DNA of 64,000 nt from Chrysomallon squamiferum (lineage: Eukaryota; Animalia; Mollusca): contig CM022668.1 of the NCBI GenBank assembly GCA_012295275.1, forward strand, positions 15,066,001 through 15,130,000, given 5' to 3'. The notes under the pieces were generated by a model. That model was not told where the DNA came from. It did no database searches and was given only the letters and a program-made list of their open reading frames with translations. Both the position numbers and the translations under genes were made by a program. Of this stretch, positions 14,604-29,825 are shown piece by piece. Numbering within the stretch: the first letter of the stretch is position 1; each line of letters opens with the position of its first letter.

Positions 14604-15614
14604 CTTCGTGTATCTTCTCAGCCGATCTCTCTTTTTTTAACCCTCGGGTCCCGGATCGATTGCCTGCGCTTCACTGCACACGGCGACTTCCATTTGCTGT
14701 TAGTTTTATTTAGCAGACAGCGAGCGAGTTAGTTCGCTCGCCATCAGATTTTTTAACCCGCCTCTATTAGCGCAATTTAATCAAAGTTTTCGCGAGCGGT
14801 TGAGAGAACTGTTTTATCCGCAAAACATTTCTGAAACGTTTCTCTGTGTTGATGATGATGATGATCGCGCGTTGGTCTTGTCGTAGAATCAAAAAATAAA
14901 AATAATAATAATAATAATAAAGAAAAGAAATCTTGTCTTGTTCGCTGTCAAACAAGACCATTAATGCGGCCGTTTTCCACTCAACGACATTCGGCGTTAA
15001 TTCCCGTCAAGAGCCGTTTAATACAAAGAACTGTAACGCAGATGACATTTACGACCGATCTCGTTCTGTTATTTTTCTATTTGCAGACAACGCGCGCGCC
15101 TAATAAGGTAAACTAAAACCGAACTAATGTGATTTGATTTGGTCGTTGTGAACGAGTGACTGGATTCAGATGTCAGTTTAATAAACTGGTTTGTTTGTTT
15201 GTTTGTTTGTTTTAAATAACGCAGAGATTAATGACAACAATGAAGTTCTCGGAGTTTAAGCTTCTCAAATCTCTAAAAATAATTAAAACGACAGTAGAGG
15301 TAAATGAATGAATAAATAAAGAATGAATGAAAGAGTGAAAGGAAGAAAGAAAAACGAATGAAAGCATGAAAGAAAGAAAGAAAGAAAAGAAAAGAAAGGA
15401 AAGGAAATTTGACTACTGTTTACATTGATGGTTTACAAATAACTGTCTGTCTAGTTCTAAATCTGTACACCTCTATAGCCGGATTAAAACATAAACACGT
15501 TCAAGATGCTCCATGTTTTGTTTATGTACAGGCGTACACCCACCCACACACCCATCCAGACATACACACGTACACAAAAATACACACAGACACACACAAA
15601 TATATATTTACTTA

Positions 15615-15685
<71 letters not shown>

Positions 15686-16601
15686 GAAAAAAACACAATG
15701 TACACCAATGCAAACACAATATTTAATTCTATCTTCCAGCCATATTAACCAGGTCTAACATACACTAAATATCGTTTACAACGAAATCATCTTAAACTCA
15801 TCACAAACTGTTTTCTTACTGAACTGGCAAAACCACTCGTTACTCAGGTTAACATTTTTTATTTTTATTTTTTTTTACTCAGTCTGTGAGGTAACATGTA
15901 TCTTGTTACATAAACGGAAAATGTTTTTAAATTATTCTTTTACTTCTTTTTGGTGCGGAAACACAAAACATGTTTAACTTAATAGCTTTGGCGCCAGGTT
16001 GTTCGTTCTTTTAAACTTTTATTCAGAGGTTATGGCGAAAATCTTTCTTTTTTTTTCTGTTCTCTTTAAACAAAACACTAATTTGATAAACGCAAAATAA
16101 CTATACTTGAAATAAAATATGAAGAAAATAAATAAATAAATAAATAAATTTAAAAAAATTATAATATATATAAAAAAATAAAGAAATAAATAAAGAAATA
16201 AAGAAATCAGAAATAATTATATAAACACAAACTGACATACAAATCTGCATCTCTATATCTACACAAATACAGACATACACACACACACACACGTACATAC
16301 ATAAATACATACACTTTCACATACACACAGAAATAACCTGCCAACTACAAAATGTACCAAGATGACACGGACCCATTATCATACACATCCATAATAAATA
16401 GAGTTAGCCTATATACACACACACACACACACACACATACACACACAGACAGTGGTAGAGATATATCAAACAAAACCCATTGTATGAAACGATATTGCTC
16501 TATCCGAACAATCAGTAAATCTTTATACACGTCGTATTAAGCCGTCTGCTCTGTCAGACACGTTTAAGATAAGAGAAAAGACATAAAAGTAACGAAATAA
16601 A

Positions 16602-16663
16602 ATCTTTCATCAAACCCGTATCGGACAGGCGAATTTTTAATTTACTTTAAAGGGGAAAAAAAA

Positions 16664-16694
<31 letters not shown>

Positions 16695-16990
16695 TTATTT
16701 CATCAAAAGAAAAAGAAAATCTTTCATCAAACCGTTATAGGTCAGCAAAATGTTTAATTCGCTTTACCTCCAAAAAAGAAAAAGAAAAAAAAAAAGATGT
16801 ATAATAATATAACTTATCAGAAGAAAACAAAAAGATCTTTCAACGAACCATACAGAGGTCAGGAGAATTTTTAATTTGCTTTAAGGAAAAAATAAAAAAA
16901 TGTGTAATAATATAACTCATCAAAAGAAAACAAGAATATCTTTCATCAAACCATACAGAGGTCAGGAGAATTTTTAATTTTGCTTCACCG
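16602..16990. repeat. Diverged tandem repeat, 4 copies, period 103-117 bp
   Basis: ATCTTTCA(T/A)C(A/G)AACC…CAG…TTTAATT… starts at 16602, 16719, 16835, 16938; copies separated by variable A-tracts. Confidence 0.85.
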
Positions 16991-18453
16991 CAAAAACAAA
17001 AAATCAAATAAATTGTGACTCATCTAAAGAGAAATAATTGTTGGTCTATTTTCGTCGCTACGGAAGGATCCAGCACGAAACTCTGAAAATAATAAAAGGC
17101 ACCGCTAGACCAAATTGAAGGGTGGCAGAGGTCTGTGACGTAGTCTGATTATTAATCAATATGAATAATATTTGCTTTGTGTCTTGTTGGATTCTAGTTG
17201 GGATTTTGCTTGTTAAACGTGGAGTATAAATCTGGATGTGGTGATATGCTGATATACGAGGAAGAAAGAATTAATGAGATACGTTTGAGTGTATGAGAGA
17301 GTGTGTTAGTGTTTGTGTGTGTGTGCTTGTGTGGAGGGAACAGAAAGAGAGAGAGAGATAGAAGGAGATATTGAAAGAGAAAATGAGAGATTATACTTGT
17401 GAACAGCACACACACAGACGCATATACACACACATATACACACGCACAGATTCACACACACGCAGAAACACTCACATATACATATATACAAATACAACAA
17501 ACAAACACAAAATAATTCAAGAACAACCAAAAATTAAGTAAGTAAGTAAGTAAGTAAATAATTGAAATTTATTAACATCTGGTAAATATTATTTTCTTGA
17601 AAAAGAAAGTCACTTGCTGGTGCACTGTGTGATATTCCTGTATTCTAAAAATCAAACAATGCTTTACTCGGACCTCCCTGAAGTCACAAATGTTTATAAC
17701 AAAGGATACTGAAGTTCAAAGTGTTCAGAGAGGAGGTTCGATCCTACGTTCCCAACTCAGCGGGGAAACTACTTTGAACTGCTCTAAAACTAAAAGTCAT
17801 CAAAAGAATAAAAAGAATCAGAAAGAAAACCACGCAATCTCCCCCCCCCCAAAAAAGCAACAAAAGCAAACAATGTCGATAATAAAAAAATTTTGCAACG
17901 ACAGTTATAAGGGCGATGATGACTGTGATAACGATGCCGTTGTCGATGATGTTGTCTGTAATTAAAATGCTCTTCTCCTGACCTGCTTACTAATCAACTT
18001 TATTTCTTGTTAACTTTTCGTCTACTTTGTTTTACTGACACATTTTGCGCTCGGTGTCTGAGGATCAGGAACGATAATCCGATTACTGCCAGCGCCGTTT
18101 GAGCCAGATTTCCCAGCAGTCCTTGCGACTTGAGACGCGGTAGGAATAAATAATTAAATGCTGTCCAACGCGACAGCGACAGCAACCCAAGGGTGGTTTC
18201 ACGCACGTCTACGACCACGTCTTTTTTGCTCCCCTCCGTTTGACCTGTCAGCTCAAAGTAATTAAAATCAACCATTGTAAAAGACAGTAATAAATAAAAT
18301 GGATATTACGTTCAGAGAGGGTGAGTCGATATATATATATATATATATATATAGAGAGGGAGAGAGAGTCGATATGAGATGGATGGATGAGGATGGATGG
18401 ATGGATGGATGGATGGATATATATAGAGAAAAAAACAGAGAGAAAGAACAGAC

Positions 18454-18526
<73 letters not shown>

Positions 18527-18882
18527 CATAGAGAGAGAAAAAAACATATCGAATCAGTAAAAGCAGATATCGACTTGTACTTTTTGAATAACTTTCACCG
18601 TTGCTTCCAACGAATCAGTAACCAGTTTTAAATACCACGTTTATATCTGTTACATTCTCCGTTAGTGAGTTTATGACGCATTGAGAAGTCATTACGTAGT
18701 CTCATGCAATGAAATCAAACATAAAGAAATCTTTACCACCTGTGTCCCGTTTCATCGTGTTCAAGATTCGTTACCGAACAGCGACGTAAATTACGTTATC
18801 AAGTACGTCCTACTGCACCACACAATATACATGTGAAAACTTACACACACACACACACACAAACATACACATAAATATATTT

Positions 18883-18945
<63 letters not shown>

Positions 18946-19045
18946 TACAGACAGAGACAGACATACACAGACAAACAAAGACACCTCACTTACATCTCAC
19001 ACTCTCTCTCACAGACACACAAAACACTCTCTCTCACCTCAGTAG

Positions 19046-19126
<81 letters not shown>

Positions 19127-20301
19127 CAATCTAAAAGATTTGCTTATCATTATATTCTTGTCTACGTTCGCTTCGTTCAGAGAACATCGTAGGTGTTCGG
19201 AAGATACCGTGATAACCCGATAAGAGCCGAGTTATAATCACTAGTCACATTATCACTGTCATCTGTCGACAAGGTATGGCAATAATGTGTGCATATTAGC
19301 ACGTGCATTCTTGGAAGAGATGATGATGATGCTAATGATGATGATAGTGATAATGATGTGCATATTTATGGCAGTTCATATCGACTGAAATAATGTTGGA
19401 ATAATGATAACGACGATGACAATGACGGCGACATCAACGGTAACAATAGCAAAAAAAATAACAACAACTAGAAGAAGAAGAAGAAGAAGAAGAAGAAGAA
19501 GAAGAAGAAAGAAGAAAGAAAGAAGAAGAAAGAAGAATAGGAAGAAAGATGATGATGATGAGGTAAATAAAAATGATGTATTTGAAAAGAACAAAAAGAA
19601 AAAGAATTTCCACAAATCACGATAAGTGACTAATCACCATTCTCATAACATCATCATCATCAACAACAACAACACCATTACCATCACTACAATCCTCAAC
19701 ATCATAAATAAAAAAAAAAAACCCAAAACAGGTAAACAAATTTGTTACTATAATTTTTTTTTTTTTTTTAGACGAAGTTTTACACGAAACCCACTTTTCG
19801 TAGAGTAATGCAATAACTCAGAAACGTCTGAACAAATATTATAACGAACATTTTCTTCTCGCTTATCTCTGCCAACGAAAACACCGACACACCGTCTCCG
19901 CGGTGGTATGATAACACGGGCTACAAAATATGCCCTAACACCGGTGCAGGAGCAAAAAAAAATCTACTTGTTGCTTGCAGATAGCAAAACCAGAACGCGA
20001 AGCCTGGCTAAAAACAGCTCGTGTAATCTTTCGACACCGCAAAGAAAAAAAAGATATCTGATAACAAAAAGCAATCATTTCCCGTGTCTAACACAGATTA
20101 TAGGGAACACAACGAGTTTAGTGATAGATTATAAAATACAACTTTGTCCACGGTTTCAGAATATTCTTTACAGGTTTTTTTTTTTTTTTTATAAATAATC
20201 GCTTATTGTTGAATATTTAGGATACTTTTTTTTTTATCAGCTTTAGACACATTTAATAAGGTAACTGTTGACTAGCTCACAACAGAGATATTGACAGATA
20301 G

Positions 20302-20421
<120 letters not shown>

Positions 20422-22531
20422 AGACAGCGATAGACAGACCGAGAGAAAGAGAGAAGAAAGAAAAAAGGAGGAAAGGGTCAAAACACACAGAAAAAAAAAA
20501 AAAAAAAAAGAAAAATGAATCAGACATATTTACGGTTAAATCGCTTTAACTGTTTTTGTTTATCGTAGATACAGGGACAATGTACGAGAGCACAGAGATA
20601 AGCAAACAAGCCCATCCTAGAAAAAATAAACGGTTGTCTGCATCTCAGACATCTGAGGAAATTCTGCTAGGAAGTAATGGATTCCTTGCATCAGTTTATG
20701 AAAATTTACTATGGATCGCACCTAATGGTCTTACTTGAAGACTGTATAATCTACGTTAACCCTAAACACACAGGCAGATGTCAGTGAAAAAAAATATAAG
20801 GTTTTTCAGTCTAGAAATTAGAAAAATACGTATTTGTCAATCCCTCTTTCTTATCTGTTTTTTTCTTTTTTTGTTAGATTCTCCTTTTGTTATTTCAAAA
20901 CTTGTAAAGTGTTAACCTTTAACAAGTGCTAATAGATAATTGTGTAGAACAAGAGTTATTAAGCAGTACAATAAACGTTTAAAACATCAAAGCTTTACTG
21001 AAAGGAAAGGAAAAAAAAAAACACTTATAAATCGTAAATAATATTTCAAGAGGTTTTTTGTCAGAAAATCAGTGAACAAAATTTGGATAAATACTAATTA
21101 CAATAAAGACAAGGGTTTGTTATTCATCTAGGGAAATATGAAAAAGTAAGGAAGCGCAAATAATGAATGTTATAAAATAAAACTTGATTAGACAAAGTTA
21201 TTGCATACATCCTTTTCTTTTTGCGACAATCATAATTATTAGTTTTCAACGCGTCGAGCCAAAAAAACAATCTTGAAATTTTCACAGACACAGACAGTAA
21301 AACTGGCAGTCAACTGTTCGAATCCTATTATCGTCTTGAGTATACATAAATAAGTCATATAATGAACAACACGTGTTCGGGTTCCTGGCTAGTTAACCTA
21401 GTAATATATTACTCGATTTAATTAACCTTCACAGTAAAAGTGTTGGACAGTTCTAGTTTTCTGATTCTGAATCGGGGAAAAGCTTAAGATTTCAGATGAT
21501 AGTAAAAGGATAATAACAATACTGGTAGCAATTGGTATGATGATAATGATAACAATGGTAATAATGATGGTGATGATGACGATGAAAATAATGGTAGTAA
21601 TAAGTATGATGATAATGACAGATGGTAATGCTGATGATGGTGGTGGTGATGATGATGATGAAAATGCTACTTAATATTATTAGGGTTTTATTGGATTTTA
21701 AGAAATCAGTACTTATTTTATCATCCAGAATATGTATGTGTAAATAGACTTCTGATCTCTCTCTCTCTGACTCTAGTTTTGTGGGCATCTGTTGATAACA
21801 GTGTGAAAGAATGGCTGATAGAGAAAGAGTGAAACAGAGATGTGTGGAGTGAACGAAGAAGAGAAACAAAGAGACAATAGACAAGTGAAGCAGAATGGAA
21901 AGAAAGATGAACAGAAAAAATACAACAGAGACGACACCCAGAGAAAAAAAAAATAACTGAAGCAAAAAATTAAAAACAGAGAAAAAAAAAGGCAGAAAGA
22001 TAAAGATAAAAGAAGAAGAAAAAAAAGAAACAATGAGAAGAGAAAAAAAAAAAAAAAAAAAAAAAAAACACTTAAAAAACACAATTCGATAAGAACGATA
22101 CCAAGAATGAGAAAAACACACATGAACAACACCCGAGAAAGCCAGATAGACAAACAATGGAGATAACCACAAAACAAAAACTAACGAAAACAAAAACAAG
22201 AAAACAGACCTCCAAATTAATGAGAGAAAATGGTCTAACACGTATTTTTCTGATTCACATGATTCACATTCAGTAAGAGTCATGCGATGTCTCATTTTGT
22301 GAAGTCCCCAGAGAAACAACATGCTAACACATCCCTGTTCACTCGTGTTATTTTTGATGCACGTTGAAAAAAAGATAATTGGTCATTATGAGGATCGTTC
22401 TGCAGAAGAATATTTTAAGCAGAAATCTTCTTTAAATATGTGAGCAGATTAATAAGTGCGTGACGCCACCATACAAGCAATCAAAAAACAAACAAATGAG
22501 AATAATGAGAGAACTGCAATGAGATGGTGGA

Positions 22532-22584
<53 letters not shown>

Positions 22585-22723
22585 TGATGATGATGATAAC
22601 TAACAAAAACAATTAGAATCAAATGATAATGATGATAAGATAAAAATGATGATGATGATGACAGTATTTGTTATTGTTTTATTAGTGGCATAATGGCAGT
22701 AACAATAGTAATATTGATTATAA

Positions 22724-22759
<36 letters not shown>

Positions 22760-23893
22760 AGTTGTATTAAACGTAGTCACAGCAGTAGTAGTCATGATGG
22801 TGAGAATAATAGATATGATAATAATAGTAGTAATAATAGTGTTAGTAGTAACAATAGTAATGGTAGTAATAGTAATAGTGATATAAGTAGCAATAATAGT
22901 ATTAGTAACAGATGAAGTAATAGTAATGGTAGTGGTGATAGTAATAATAATAGTCATAGTGTTTTTATTAGTATTAATATTAATATTGAATTAGTTGTAG
23001 CTGCAGTGGTAGTAAAAAAAGAAGAGCAAGAATGATCCAAGAAAACAATGGTGCTGATGTTGACAACGTTGATGATGATGATGATGTTAACAACAATATG
23101 CAGTTCCACCTATGCGTATCAGTTCTGAATTGATATCTTTAAAGTTTGAAACTCTAGCAAAGTGCAAACTGAACACTAGACAGAAATAACGAGTTTTCAT
23201 GTGGAAAGAATTCAGACTATCTGAACAGAATCTGACTTCGTAGTTTGGTCTAATCTTTTGTTCAGTGCAAGAACTAAACAAACGTAAATGTATTAGCTCA
23301 TTTTTCAAACATACTGGAAGACCAAACCTTTGCCACGTAATCTCGCGCTTATCTCTCTCCTACCATTGCGCTGTTTTCTAGGATAATTTGGAAGTGAGGA
23401 ATGTGGGTAAGTGAAACATTGGAAAAACATGATGTTATCCAGCGAAAAGAGAATTCAGATGTCTGTCTTGAACCGCACACGTCAAAAATCTCGCTTCTGA
23501 TTTTGTTTTACACATGTACACACATACAGACACACACACACATAAATATAAAAAGATACACCGACATAGACGACAACTACAGTACTGTAAAGAAGATGTG
23601 AATGACCAAACATTCATTCAGTCTTTGTATCCATTACAACGATTTTGTTAGCGTCTGTCAACAATTCATTTAAAACGTACTGACACCCACTGACGATAAA
23701 TGCAAACCGCAATTTACACGTTATAAAAGAGCGTTAATTTAGAATGTTGTAGAATAGAGAGTGTTGTGTCTTGTGTCTGTGTATAACAGTCAACATTTGG
23801 GTGATTTCTGGCCACATAGAAAATTTGAAATTAAAGTCTTAACCATCAAACCATCTTGCGTAACGTAACTCAACGCTCTAGAACTGTTTATAA

Positions 23894-24063
23894 TATTTGA
23901 AACTATTTAACGTGGGAAGTATTTGAAACTTTTTAACGTGGGAAGCATTTGAAACTTTTTAACGTAGGAAATATTTGAAACTATTTAACGTAGGAAATAT
24001 TTGAAACTATTTAACGTAGGAAATATTTGAAACTGTACGCGGGGAAATATTTGAAACTATTTA
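23894..24063. repeat. 26-bp minisatellite, about 6.5 copies
   Basis: Unit TATTTGAAACT(A/T)TTTAACGT(G/A)GGAA(G/A); a further detached copy near 24130-24157. Confidence 0.95.
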
Positions 24064-24997
24064 GAAGCATTATATGGCATGGGTCATTGTCTACAAGCTA
24101 ATTTTTTATTTAAAATTTTTTATCAAGAAATATTTGAAACTGTTTAACATAGGAAATAATTATTTGGAACTATGTAGATAAGACTTTTTATAAATATTTC
24201 AGCGAAAATACCAGTTCGAATCTAATTAATATAACAGTCATTTTAACGAAGACACAATTTACCATTAAACTGTAATTATTTATCTGATTTAATTAAGGAA
24301 TGGTTTCAACGAACTAGTTACTCTGAACTATTTCAACGCGTGGACTAGCCAGGAACTATTTCACAGACAAAGGACCGAGTATAAATATTTTGAGTAACTG
24401 AGTAGACTAGTTACAAGTGGTGTAATTGTGTGGCTGGGATCTGCGTAGCAAATAACAAAGTACCAGTTGTATCAACAAATGGAAGTTACTTGGGTCGAGG
24501 AATGTGGCATGGTGGCTCTATTTCCGATAAACGTAAATCTTTAGGGGTTACTATTTTCTTTTCGCGTTTAGACATGGATGTACTTCGGTCATCGGTTTTA
24601 ACGAGAATAGATTTTTTTTCTTCTTAAGCCTTTAAACGTGAATGTACTTTAGTCCCGTTCTGGTTTTTTTTTTTTTTTTTTTGTTATGTCGGGAGAATTT
24701 AATTGTGTTTTGTAATTTTCTGAATGGTTGGGTGGAAGTTAGACGTTTCTTACCTCGATCATTTTCGTTATTTTTTCAGCTTTTAAGAGAAAACAGGATT
24801 TTTAAAATTTAAATTAATTTGATCTCTTATACAGTAAAATAGAACAATGGCATCTCACGTTTCAAAGTTTATGAAAGCACGCAAACATAATCATTATTTA
24901 GACACGTTTTAATTATTTTGCAGGAAACGTAAAAGAACATTTTATTCCATCTTTAGCACATAACCCAGGTATTTGGGTTTCCTAATAATGACCAAGT

Positions 24998-25069
24998 TAT
25001 GTATTTGAAATTTCGTCAAGAAGAAGAGATGGTATGTATTTGAAATTTCGTCAAGAAGAAGAGATGGTA
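24998..25069. repeat. Perfect 35-bp tandem duplication
   Basis: TATGTATTTGAAATTTCGTCAAGAAGAAGAGATGG at 24998 and 25033. Confidence 0.95.
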
Positions 25070-26243
25070 CAGTAGTCTATAATATCCACTATCAGTACTA
25101 TAAGACTGTGTCTGGAATTGATCCCACTATCTCCCAGTTTTCAAGTCAACAGTTCATTTTGCAGCAGGGTTCCCACTCACATCTATAACAGATTACAATT
25201 ATATGTGTAAATTTAAAACATTTTTGATCAAATTCGTAGTAGAATATCGATTTGTTTTTGTGTGTGTGTCCAGTACAAGCGTACATAAACCTGTTAAGGC
25301 TCCTCATTTAGCATAAACAATGCATTTATTCAGGTTTCTCATTTTAAATGCTGCTGAGATTATGCCACCGAGACAAGTGTTGTTAGGCCAGCAGACACAA
25401 GTCCCATCTTGATCGACCATAATTAAAACAAACCACACATTTATTCACATTTCACTTTGAAATTTTATTGTGTTAGTCGCGAAGTCTAACAGGACCTAAA
25501 CGCAGATTTAGATGGTGATAATTCAACACTGATAAACGAAGCGCTGTATCGGTAATAAATGTATGGGACTATTTCGTGTCGCGGACTAATAAATTAGAAT
25601 GAAGGTGAAATGAATCTGATGCAACTTTCTCATCGTGTATTCATTTCGTTTATTTATTTATTTATTTATTTATCATACGAAATAATAATTTTTATAGAGA
25701 GAAATTGAGGTGTAGTGAAATAAAACAATAATATTTATTTATATTTATTTTCTTGTTTATTTGTATGTTTTGTTTGCTTATGTAAATGATTTCCTTATTA
25801 TTTGATGTAATTTTTGTTGTGTATTACAAAATTATTTATTTATTTGTTTATTTGTTTTTTTGTTTATTTGGATACTTTTTCATTGTTTCTGTTTTTTTTT
25901 TTTTGTTGTTGTTTTGTTTTTTTACTTTTAATGCTTACAGTACAACATCTGCATTAAAATATTCATAATCTCACAGCAATGTCGATTTTCAGAAAAAAAC
26001 AACAAAAAAGCAAAAAAAAAAAAAAAACAACAAGAAACAAACAAACAAACCAACAAAACAAACAGAAAATCCTCTACGATTAAATTACAAAAAAGAAAAG
26101 AAACAGAAAAAAAAGAATTAAAAAAATCGAACTTAAGTAAAAAAAAAAAAAAATAAAAAAAAAACCCGATTCTCTCACTATACATTAACCACAAGGCTGG
26201 AAACGAAACACCTATTTCCATATAAACACTATTCATTACGCAA

Positions 26244-26258
26244 AGCGCCACCTAGGGA
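26244..26258 (-). promoter_or_regulatory. CTCF-like motif
   Basis: Reverse complement TCCCTAGGTGGCGCT matches the CTCF core YAGRKGGCGC; same orientation as the site at 787-802. Confidence 0.4.
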
Positions 26259-26582
26259 GTATTCGCTATCAAAGCTCTCGAGTTAATTCACTTCTTTAAC
26301 AGATCTTCAGACTTCTGCTTTAAACACACAGCTAAAACAACATTTAAGTAGTCACCGCTGACAACGGAGCAGAAGTAAAAAAAAAAAAAAAAAAAAAAAA
26401 AAGAAAGAAAAAGAAAAGAAAGAGTAAATGGTGAAGAAGTAGAAAGAAAAGAAATGTCACAGAGACTGGTACTGACGTGAGTAAAAAGCTGTAGACTGAA
26501 AAACGTCCCAGGGATTTCCATTACTCAAAAGCTGATGTTAACCAAAAAAAAAAAAAAAATAATAATAATAATAAAAAAAAAA

Positions 26583-26616
<34 letters not shown>

Positions 26617-27570
26617 AAATTTCAAAAAAAAAATGTAAAAAAATTAAATAAAAATCCCAGTCATTGGGTTCATTTGAGTTAATAATATATGAAGAAGGAA
26701 TCGATGGTTCTATCTCAACAGATTAATCAGGAATCTATTCCTTCACATAAATGAAAAGTTGTGTGTTTTTGCGTTATTAATTTCAAAAGAAGATGTCTGA
26801 ACGGAATTAAATTAAATTTAAGTTTGGGAGAAAGTGAAAATCGTGTTTATTTTTCATTTCAGCTTCATGACAATTATCGCTAAAAAACATTTCTTTATTT
26901 TTTTTTTGTATTTTCTTAACATTAACAACAACAACAAAAATAATGTTGACGATAATGATAACAATAATGATGATGATGACGATGATGATAATAATAGTAA
27001 TGACAACACAGCAACAATGATGATGACGATGATAATGATAAAATGAAAAACCCATACTTTGTAATAATCATCAACATAAATACACTAAGAAAAAGCGTTA
27101 TAGAGATCCATCCATTTATATATTCTATTCCTTTCACATTCCATCACTAAACTATACTATTACCATCCGCAGTATTACGCAGATCTCAACGGAGAATAAT
27201 GAGAAATATAATTAAAATGATACGTATTATATTCCTTTCAGCAATGTGTATTCTATCAACGTGAAGCTGTTACCACGGCCCATTAGGACATTAACCCTGT
27301 AAAGTATCAGATGGATTCGTGTGTGGTTTTTTTTTGTGTTTTTTTTTTATGATGAACATTTCCTACGAGAAAATGTTTGACACGAGCAACACGCAGGCCA
27401 TGTCAATACGACCGATACCGGTTACCAATAAATAGCCTACGAATGCCCGTTAAACATAAAGAAATACGGCTGTCGTGAGACTTCGGTAATTTCCGGTTGA
27501 CAACGTAAGATACTTCGTGCGAGTGACTTGGCTCTCTGGATGATTTGTATGTGAGAAGATGGTACAGATA

Positions 27571-27605
<35 letters not shown>

Positions 27606-27818
27606 CTATTTTGTTAACACCGTGTTGGAATGGTTATGAAACTGTTTGTAAAAATTTGGTTAATAAAATAGGCCTTCTGTTGTTTTTTTTGTTTTTTTTT
27701 TCAAACACAGCGTATTTCTACACCGTCATTTTTACTGCCTTCATGAAGGCTTCTAAACGTTAGAATTCACACTTACATACCAACCCGAAACCATAAACAC
27801 TCATAAACGTATATTATA

Positions 27819-27864
<46 letters not shown>

Positions 27865-27918
27865 TGTGTGTTTGTATTCATCTTATATTGACGTGAAAGA
27901 ACATTTCACAACAACGAC

Positions 27919-27950
<32 letters not shown>

Positions 27951-29271
27951 TAATAACAATAATAACAATAACAATAACAATAATAAAGATAAAGATCAGG
28001 AGTGAGACGAGAAGAAGAAGAAGAAGAAGAAGAAGAAGAAGAAGAAGAAGAAGAAGAAAGAAGATGATGATGATGAGAGAAAAAAAACTTAACGTTACAG
28101 ATTTCTGGTTATAAATGAAAATAATACAAATGAAGCATCATAGTGAATCGATCCTGCAACCAATCAGTTTTGAATGTAGACGGAGAAAACAATCAAAAAA
28201 AAAAAGTAAAAATCTTAGAACAGATAGGTCAGACGACAAAGCTGAACATTCAGACTAAAATTTTATCTCTCTCTCTCTCTTTCTTCTAAACCACATCCAT
28301 TAACGTCAATCCTCTATACTGATTCGATTAGAACAATTAACCTGCACAAACTGAGCGAGCGGCTGTCGGGGGCCAAAAAGGTTGAAAACCATAAAGCGTT
28401 CAGCCCATTACATACAAACTTCATTACTGAAACTTTGCGTCTGACAAGAAAACTATTTACTGAAAAGAAAAAAAAAGGCATTAACGTTGTATTCGGACCC
28501 AGCCACAAGGAACCCAGCTCTTGTTAAAATTTATTCGAAAAGCACGGCCATGATAATTAACAGAAACTGCCACAGAGATTCAAGATGTTGTTTTGCTTGT
28601 CAGAGGGAATTATTACTATTTTCTCTGTTTCTCCTCGCGTAAAGCAGAGAGAGAGGAGGGTGTTGATGTCAGTAATATTAATCACTCGAAACTCGAAATA
28701 GACGAAAATGGGCGGGCTGTGTAATTAACATTTGTTGTGTCTTTACTGAAGCACGCTAGAAGTGGCTTCACTTCTCTCTGGTTATGTTAATAACAATAAT
28801 TGTTCAAAACTTGCAAATATGTACGATTTAACTAACATCTGCATTGTTTTCTGCTAACATATACATCTCTCTTTGTCCATATATCTTTGCCTCAATCTGT
28901 CTGTCTATCTCTCTATCTATCTATATGTCTGCTTGTCTGTCTATCTATCCACCATATATCTATCTATCTCCCGTTTGACTGTCTGTCGCTATGTATGTAT
29001 GTCCGCCTTCCTACCTGTCTGTCATTATCTATCTACTTTTCGTTCATTCTCTCTCTCTCTCTGTCTGTCTGTCTGTCTGTTTATCTGTTTATCGAACTCT
29101 TTCCTTCGCAGAAGACTTATAGAAGTATTATCAATGAGGATCGTTTGACACACATCGTATTATTAACTGTTTTTGATATATCTGTTTAAAGTGAGCGAAA
29201 GTACACATGAGTCCCAACAAATTAAAGAGTAAATCATACACCAGGATAACCAATAAATGATGGCTATTTTC

Positions 29272-29434
<163 letters not shown>

Positions 29435-29685
29435 CACACAAATACACACATAGAAATATTCAAATACACAGATATACAGGCACTTCATATACATAAACAC
29501 AATCTTACAAGCTTGAGATAATGAACATAACCTTGGTTTCATTCATTAAGATAATTAGTAATCAAGATAATTAGATAATTACCTGTAATTCGATAAATCC
29601 CTTCCATATTCTTAATAATAAATATACACCACATTATGAGCTTAGGATAATGGAAATGACCTAGAGATCATCTTTTAACAACTTT

Positions 29686-29744
29686 GATGTAACATCACTG
29701 ATACTGTTATTTCATAAACTCTTACCACTATACATTATACCAAG

Positions 29745-29825
<81 letters not shown>
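29686..29825 (+). repeat. Dispersed ~63-bp repeat with (AAT)n tail, copy 1
   Basis: GATGTAACATCACTGATACTGTTATTTCATAAACTCTTACCACTATACATTATACCAAGATAA then (AAT)n; near-identical to 32705-32767. Confidence 0.85.

Noticed and set aside
18000-18275. 91-aa minus-strand ORF as a coding exon
   Set aside because: No convincing donor or acceptor and no recognisable family.
19171-19279. Plus-strand exon-like segment (ttcag…aag|gtatgg)
   Set aside because: Stops in all three frames; shows that such patterns arise by chance.
21492-22322. 276-aa ORF, the longest in the track
   Set aside because: Low-complexity F/L/S/H/Y translation of A-rich and trinucleotide tracts; no domain-like sequence.
23330-23500. 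Minus-strand FDV… frame as the PDE4 common exon
   Set aside because: Continues FDVCGSRQ…, not FDVENG, and lacks an acceptor; no common exon was identified in the window.
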